A program made the position numbers and the translations under genes. Positions 60,721-64,000 of a DNA stretch of 64,000 nucleotides are shown piece after piece. This stretch comes from Bacteroidota bacterium (GTDB lineage Bacteria; Bacteroidota; Bacteroidia; Bacteroidales; UBA12077). A model generated the notes under the pieces. It was given only the letters and a program-made list of their open reading frames with translations, was not told the origin of the DNA and ran no database searches. The stretch's first letter is position 1; every line of letters begins with the position of its first letter. Location: the NCBI GenBank assembly GCA_034189025.1, contig JAXHVS010000085.1, positions 893 through 64,892 on the forward strand. The letters are read 5' to 3'.

Positions 60721-60791
60721 TTAACATCAAATTATTGTTATTAACACAATTTTTAATATATTAACAAAAATCTAATTGGTTATTTTTTTAT

Positions 60792-61556
60792 ATGAAACGC
60801 AGTTTTTTTATTTTAATTTTTGGATTAATTTCCTCAATCTCTTTTTCACAGGAAAAAGATACCGTTGTTTTAATTGGTGACAGGCCTGATCAAACTGAAT
60901 CAACTTACCTTGTTCCTAAAGGATATTTCCAATTTGAAGATGGATTTATTTATGAAACGGTAAATGACAGGATTACCAATATTTCTTATTCATCTATGCT
61001 GTTAAGGTATGGATTATTCGATCATTTTGAATTGCGATTGGGTACTAGCTATAACCATGTTAAACGAAATATATTTAGTGATGTAAAAGGTTTTTCTCCG
61101 ATTGAAATAGGAGGGAAAATACATGTTAATGATGAAAAGGGTTGGATTCCTCAAATTGCTTTTATTGGACATATTACTATTGCAAATACGGGTGCAATTG
61201 ATTTCCTTCAGAAATACCATAGTACAAAGATGCTGTTAACCTTTGGGCATAATTTACCCAATAATTTATCTATAGGTTATAGCTTTGCACTAGAATTTCC
61301 AGATTATGTTGATTATACGATAGGTTCCTATACTTTTGTTGTAGGATATTCGGTAACTGATAAAATAGGCACGTTTATTGAAATTTATGGTGATTTTTCA
61401 AAATATATGACTGCTCAAAATAAATTTAATGGTGGAGTAACCTATTTAATTCACCCACAAGTTCAACTTGATTTTGCTGGTGGTTTTGGCTTATCACAAT
61501 ATGCTCCTAATAATTATTTTTCTTTGGGCCTGATTTATTTATTTAAACCATACTAA
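60792..61556 (+). CDS. outer-membrane channel of the MetA-pathway/phenol-degradation-like transporter family (PF13557 type)
   Basis: 254 aa with a signal peptide. The N-terminal GDRPDQTESTYLVPKGYFQFEDG block and beta-strand periodicity match the family. C-terminal ...LIYLFKPY. Confidence 0.55.
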   Translation: MKRSFFILIFGLISSISFSQEKDTVVLIGDRPDQTESTYLVPKGYFQFEDGFIYETVNDRITNISYSSMLLRYGLFDHFELRLGTSYNHVKRNIFSDVKGFSPIEIGGKIHVNDEKGWIPQIAFIGHITIANTGAIDFLQKYHSTKMLLTFGHNLPNNLSIGYSFALEFPDYVDYTIGSYTFVVGYSVTDKIGTFIEIYGDFSKYMTAQNKFNGGVTYLIHPQVQLDFAGGFGLSQYAPNNYFSLGLIYLFKPY

Positions 61557-61614
61557 GTTTTTCTTTTTGAGTATTTAAGAGGATTTCTTAATTTTAATTT
61601 ATTTTATATATTAC

Positions 61615-62352
61615 ATGAAACATTTTGTTAATTATAAATTTCTTGTACTTGTTAATTTAATGCTTTTATTTATAGTAGGTTGTACCGATGAAGATAATTT
61701 TAAAACTGATATAGCTACATTTGAAAAGCTTGAATTAGAAGCAGAATCTTATTGGAATGGATATGATCTTTCTGGAGCTTTTGTTAGTGGGAATAAAATT
61801 TTTCATAATCAATATTATCCCGATTGGAATACCTGGAGCGGTTTTGCTTATTCTAATATCATTAATTATGAGTTTTATAATGACGAAAGTATATTTGCGG
61901 TTTATTATGAAAATAAAGATTCTAAAGAAAATATTTATGCAGTAGGACACCAGCTGGGCAAAGTTTCCATTACATTTAAAGACAGCATAATTGGAGAAGA
62001 ACCTAGGTCTGTTCAGTTAGCCAATACTACTTACACAGCCCTAGCTATTTTATACGGATACGATTATGCTAAAAAATTTGGTGGAAGAGATGGCCACGAC
62101 CCAGACTGGTTTAAAGTTACCATTAAAGGTATAGGGATGGAAGAACAAGTTACCGGGACTATTGATTTTTTTCTGGCCGATTATCGTTTTGATGATAATA
62201 ACGAAGATTACATAGTAAATAATTGGCAGTATGTTGATTTAACTTCATTGGGAAGAGTGAAAAAATTAACGTTTGAATTATCTTCATCTGATGCAGGAAC
62301 GCCGCTTTATTTTTGTTTGGATAACTTAAAGGGACGAATTCCTTTTAAGTAG
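61615..62352 (+). CDS. DUF4465-like lipoprotein
   Basis: 245 aa with lipobox FIVGC. SYWNGYDLSGAFVSGNKIFHNQY...WSGFAYSN resembles the DUF4465 core as I recall it. Confidence 0.5.
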   Translation: MKHFVNYKFLVLVNLMLLFIVGCTDEDNFKTDIATFEKLELEAESYWNGYDLSGAFVSGNKIFHNQYYPDWNTWSGFAYSNIINYEFYNDESIFAVYYENKDSKENIYAVGHQLGKVSITFKDSIIGEEPRSVQLANTTYTALAILYGYDYAKKFGGRDGHDPDWFKVTIKGIGMEEQVTGTIDFFLADYRFDDNNEDYIVNNWQYVDLTSLGRVKKLTFELSSSDAGTPLYFCLDNLKGRIPFK

Positions 62353-62367
62353 AATTTTTTCTGTTTT

Positions 62368-64000
62368 TTATAAATATTGGTTGAGCATACTTATCAACTC
62401 GTTTGTTTTTATTGGCTTTGATAAATAATTATTACATCCTGATTGAAGGATTAATTCTTTATCCTCTTGCATTGCATAAGCTGTTTGTGCTATTATGGGT
62501 ATATCAGGATTTAATTGCCTGATTAATTTAATTGCTTCTATACCATTTAAAACAGGCATTTTTATATCCATAAGGATTAAATCTATATCTTTTCTGCTAT
62601 TGAAAATTTCGATAGTTTCTTGTCCATCTATTGCATGCAGTAAATTTAACCCTCTGTTTTTTAGTAGCATTTCAAGGTATTTATAGTTGCTTTCTTCGTC
62701 TTCAGCAATTAGTAAAGTTTTTCCTTTCCAATGGGATGGTTCTTTTTGATTTGTTTTATTTGTTTCTTCAATTTCACTTTCAGCAATAATTTCTAAAGGT
62801 AAGGTGAAGTAAAATGTTGAACCTTTATTAATTTCTGAATTTAGCCAGATATCCCCACCAAGCTTGTTAACAATATTCCTTGTAATGGTTAGCCCTAATC
62901 CTGTTCCGCGATAAAGTTTTGATTTATCAGGCTCTAATTTATTGAAACGATCAAAAATTTCGTTTTGTTTATCTTTTGGAATTCCAATGCCTGTATCCGA
63001 AACATAAAATTTTACCAGCTTTTCATTGTCCAATATTTTATATCCAAATTCGATATATCCTATTTCTGTATATTTAAAAGCATTATCAAGTAAATTGGTT
63101 ATTATTTGTTTTAACCTGAAAGGATCTGATTTTATAATAAAATTATCCCTGTAATTCGTTTTATCCAATTTTATATCTATATGTTCTTTATTTATTTTCT
63201 TTCTGGTTTTGATGTATGTATCATACAGTTCCTGCATTAATTTATTAATATTTATACTTTTACTCGTAATTGACACTTCGTTTGCTTCAATTTTTGCCAA
63301 ATCGATAATATCGTCAATTAAATGAAGTAAAGTGTTACAATTATTATTAATATGGCTAACAAGTTCTTCACGCTCATCAGTATCTGTATCAGCATGGACT
63401 AACAAATCTGAAAAGCCTATAATAGCATTCATTGGTGTTCTTATTTCATGCGACATGTTGGCTAAAAATGCTGATTTTAAGCGATCAGATTCTTCAGCTT
63501 TTTCTTTGGCATTTTTTAAGGCTATTTCAGATACATGTCTTTCCGTAATATTTCTGCAAATACCTACTATTCCAAGGGTGTTTCCTTCGTCATCAACAAA
63601 AGGAATTTTTAAGGTATCCAATAAAAAATGTTCCCCATCGGCATTTTTTTCCCACGATTCCATTCTAACGGGTTCGTTGTTTTCAATAATTTTTTGGTCG
63701 GTAATATAAAAAAAACTTGCCTGTTCTTCAGGAAATATCTCTTGATCTTGTTTTCCTATAATTTCATTAGGGGTTTTATTATTAAATTTACAAAAAGCAT
63801 CATTACAACCGATGTAAACATTCTCTTTATTTTTGTAAAAAATTAAATCGGGAATTGAGTTAATCATTGAGCTCAATAACGATTTTTCATGAATTAGTTG
63901 TAGCTCTGCTTTTCTTCGTTCACTTAATTCGTTTTGTAATTCGGAGGTTTTAAGTGCTACTTGTTTTCTAAGTGATCCAGACCAAATAAGAATTGCTCCT
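62368..64000 (-). CDS. hybrid sensor histidine kinase / response regulator, 5' end lies beyond the window
   Basis: PAS region, H-box SHEIRTPMNAIIGF, G-box GTGLGLTI, and a C-terminal receiver LLIAEDEE...LILMDIKMPVLNG. The ORF-track start (TTG 63876) is an artefact. The frame stays open to the window edge: GAILIWSGSLRKQVALKTSELQNELSERRKAELQLIHEKSLLSSMINS. Confidence 0.85.
   Translation of the reverse strand, partial: GAILIWSGSLRKQVALKTSELQNELSERRKAELQLIHEKSLLSSMINSIPDLIFYKNKENVYIGCNDAFCKFNNKTPNEIIGKQDQEIFPEEQASFFYITDQKIIENNEPVRMESWEKNADGEHFLLDTLKIPFVDDEGNTLGIVGICRNITERHVSEIALKNAKEKAEESDRLKSAFLANMSHEIRTPMNAIIGFSDLLVHADTDTDEREELVSHINNNCNTLLHLIDDIIDLAKIEANEVSITSKSININKLMQELYDTYIKTRKKINKEHIDIKLDKTNYRDNFIIKSDPFRLKQIITNLLDNAFKYTEIGYIEFGYKILDNEKLVKFYVSDTGIGIPKDKQNEIFDRFNKLEPDKSKLYRGTGLGLTITRNIVNKLGGDIWLNSEINKGSTFYFTLPLEIIAESEIEETNKTNQKEPSHWKGKTLLIAEDEESNYKYLEMLLKNRGLNLLHAIDGQETIEIFNSRKDIDLILMDIKMPVLNGIEAIKLIRQLNPDIPIIAQTAYAMQEDKELILQSGCNNYLSKPIKTNELISMLNQYL

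Overview
This is an AT-rich, densely packed chromosomal segment of a Bacteroidota-type genome. The lineage call rests on a T9SS C-terminal sorting domain, the MoxR/DUF58/BatA-E aerotolerance operon, a FISUMP protein and TAnnTTTG -7 promoter motifs. I support about 55 protein-coding genes. By eye I found no rRNA or tRNA genes, no CRISPR array, and no transposase, integrase, phage or recognisable defence genes. This looks like core genome rather than an accessory island.

Housekeeping genes: dnaA, dnaX, secA, ligA, dapA, ettA, rpsF-rpsR-rplI, ferritin, ridA, pabA/trpG, an lptD-like gene, mlaD and an amidase.

Redox modules:
- A Tat-signal Fe-S subunit plus an aldehyde:ferredoxin oxidoreductase (AOR) family enzyme.
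- A molybdenum-hydroxylase locus: xdh FeS/FAD subunit, xdh Mo subunit, a membrane-NTPase fusion, a mocA-like gene and a ygfK-like gene.

Main observations:
1. A 577-aa protein fuses a polytopic membrane domain to a P-loop NTPase. It occupies the position where XdhC normally sits in xdh operons.
2. dnaX has an A10 tract at the domain III/IV boundary with stop codons 2 and 4 codons downstream in the two alternative frames, which makes it a candidate tau/gamma recoding site.
3. The AOR-family module is predicted to be Tat-exported, and it follows a 339-bp leader that carries an 8-bp tandem repeat.
4. An M1 metallopeptidase carries a C-terminal extension that looks like a beta-barrel.

Two window-edge genes are wrong or absent in the ORF track: 1-1078 on the minus strand is missing, and the histidine kinase really runs to position 64000. 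All functional calls come from motif recognition by eye. No searches were run.
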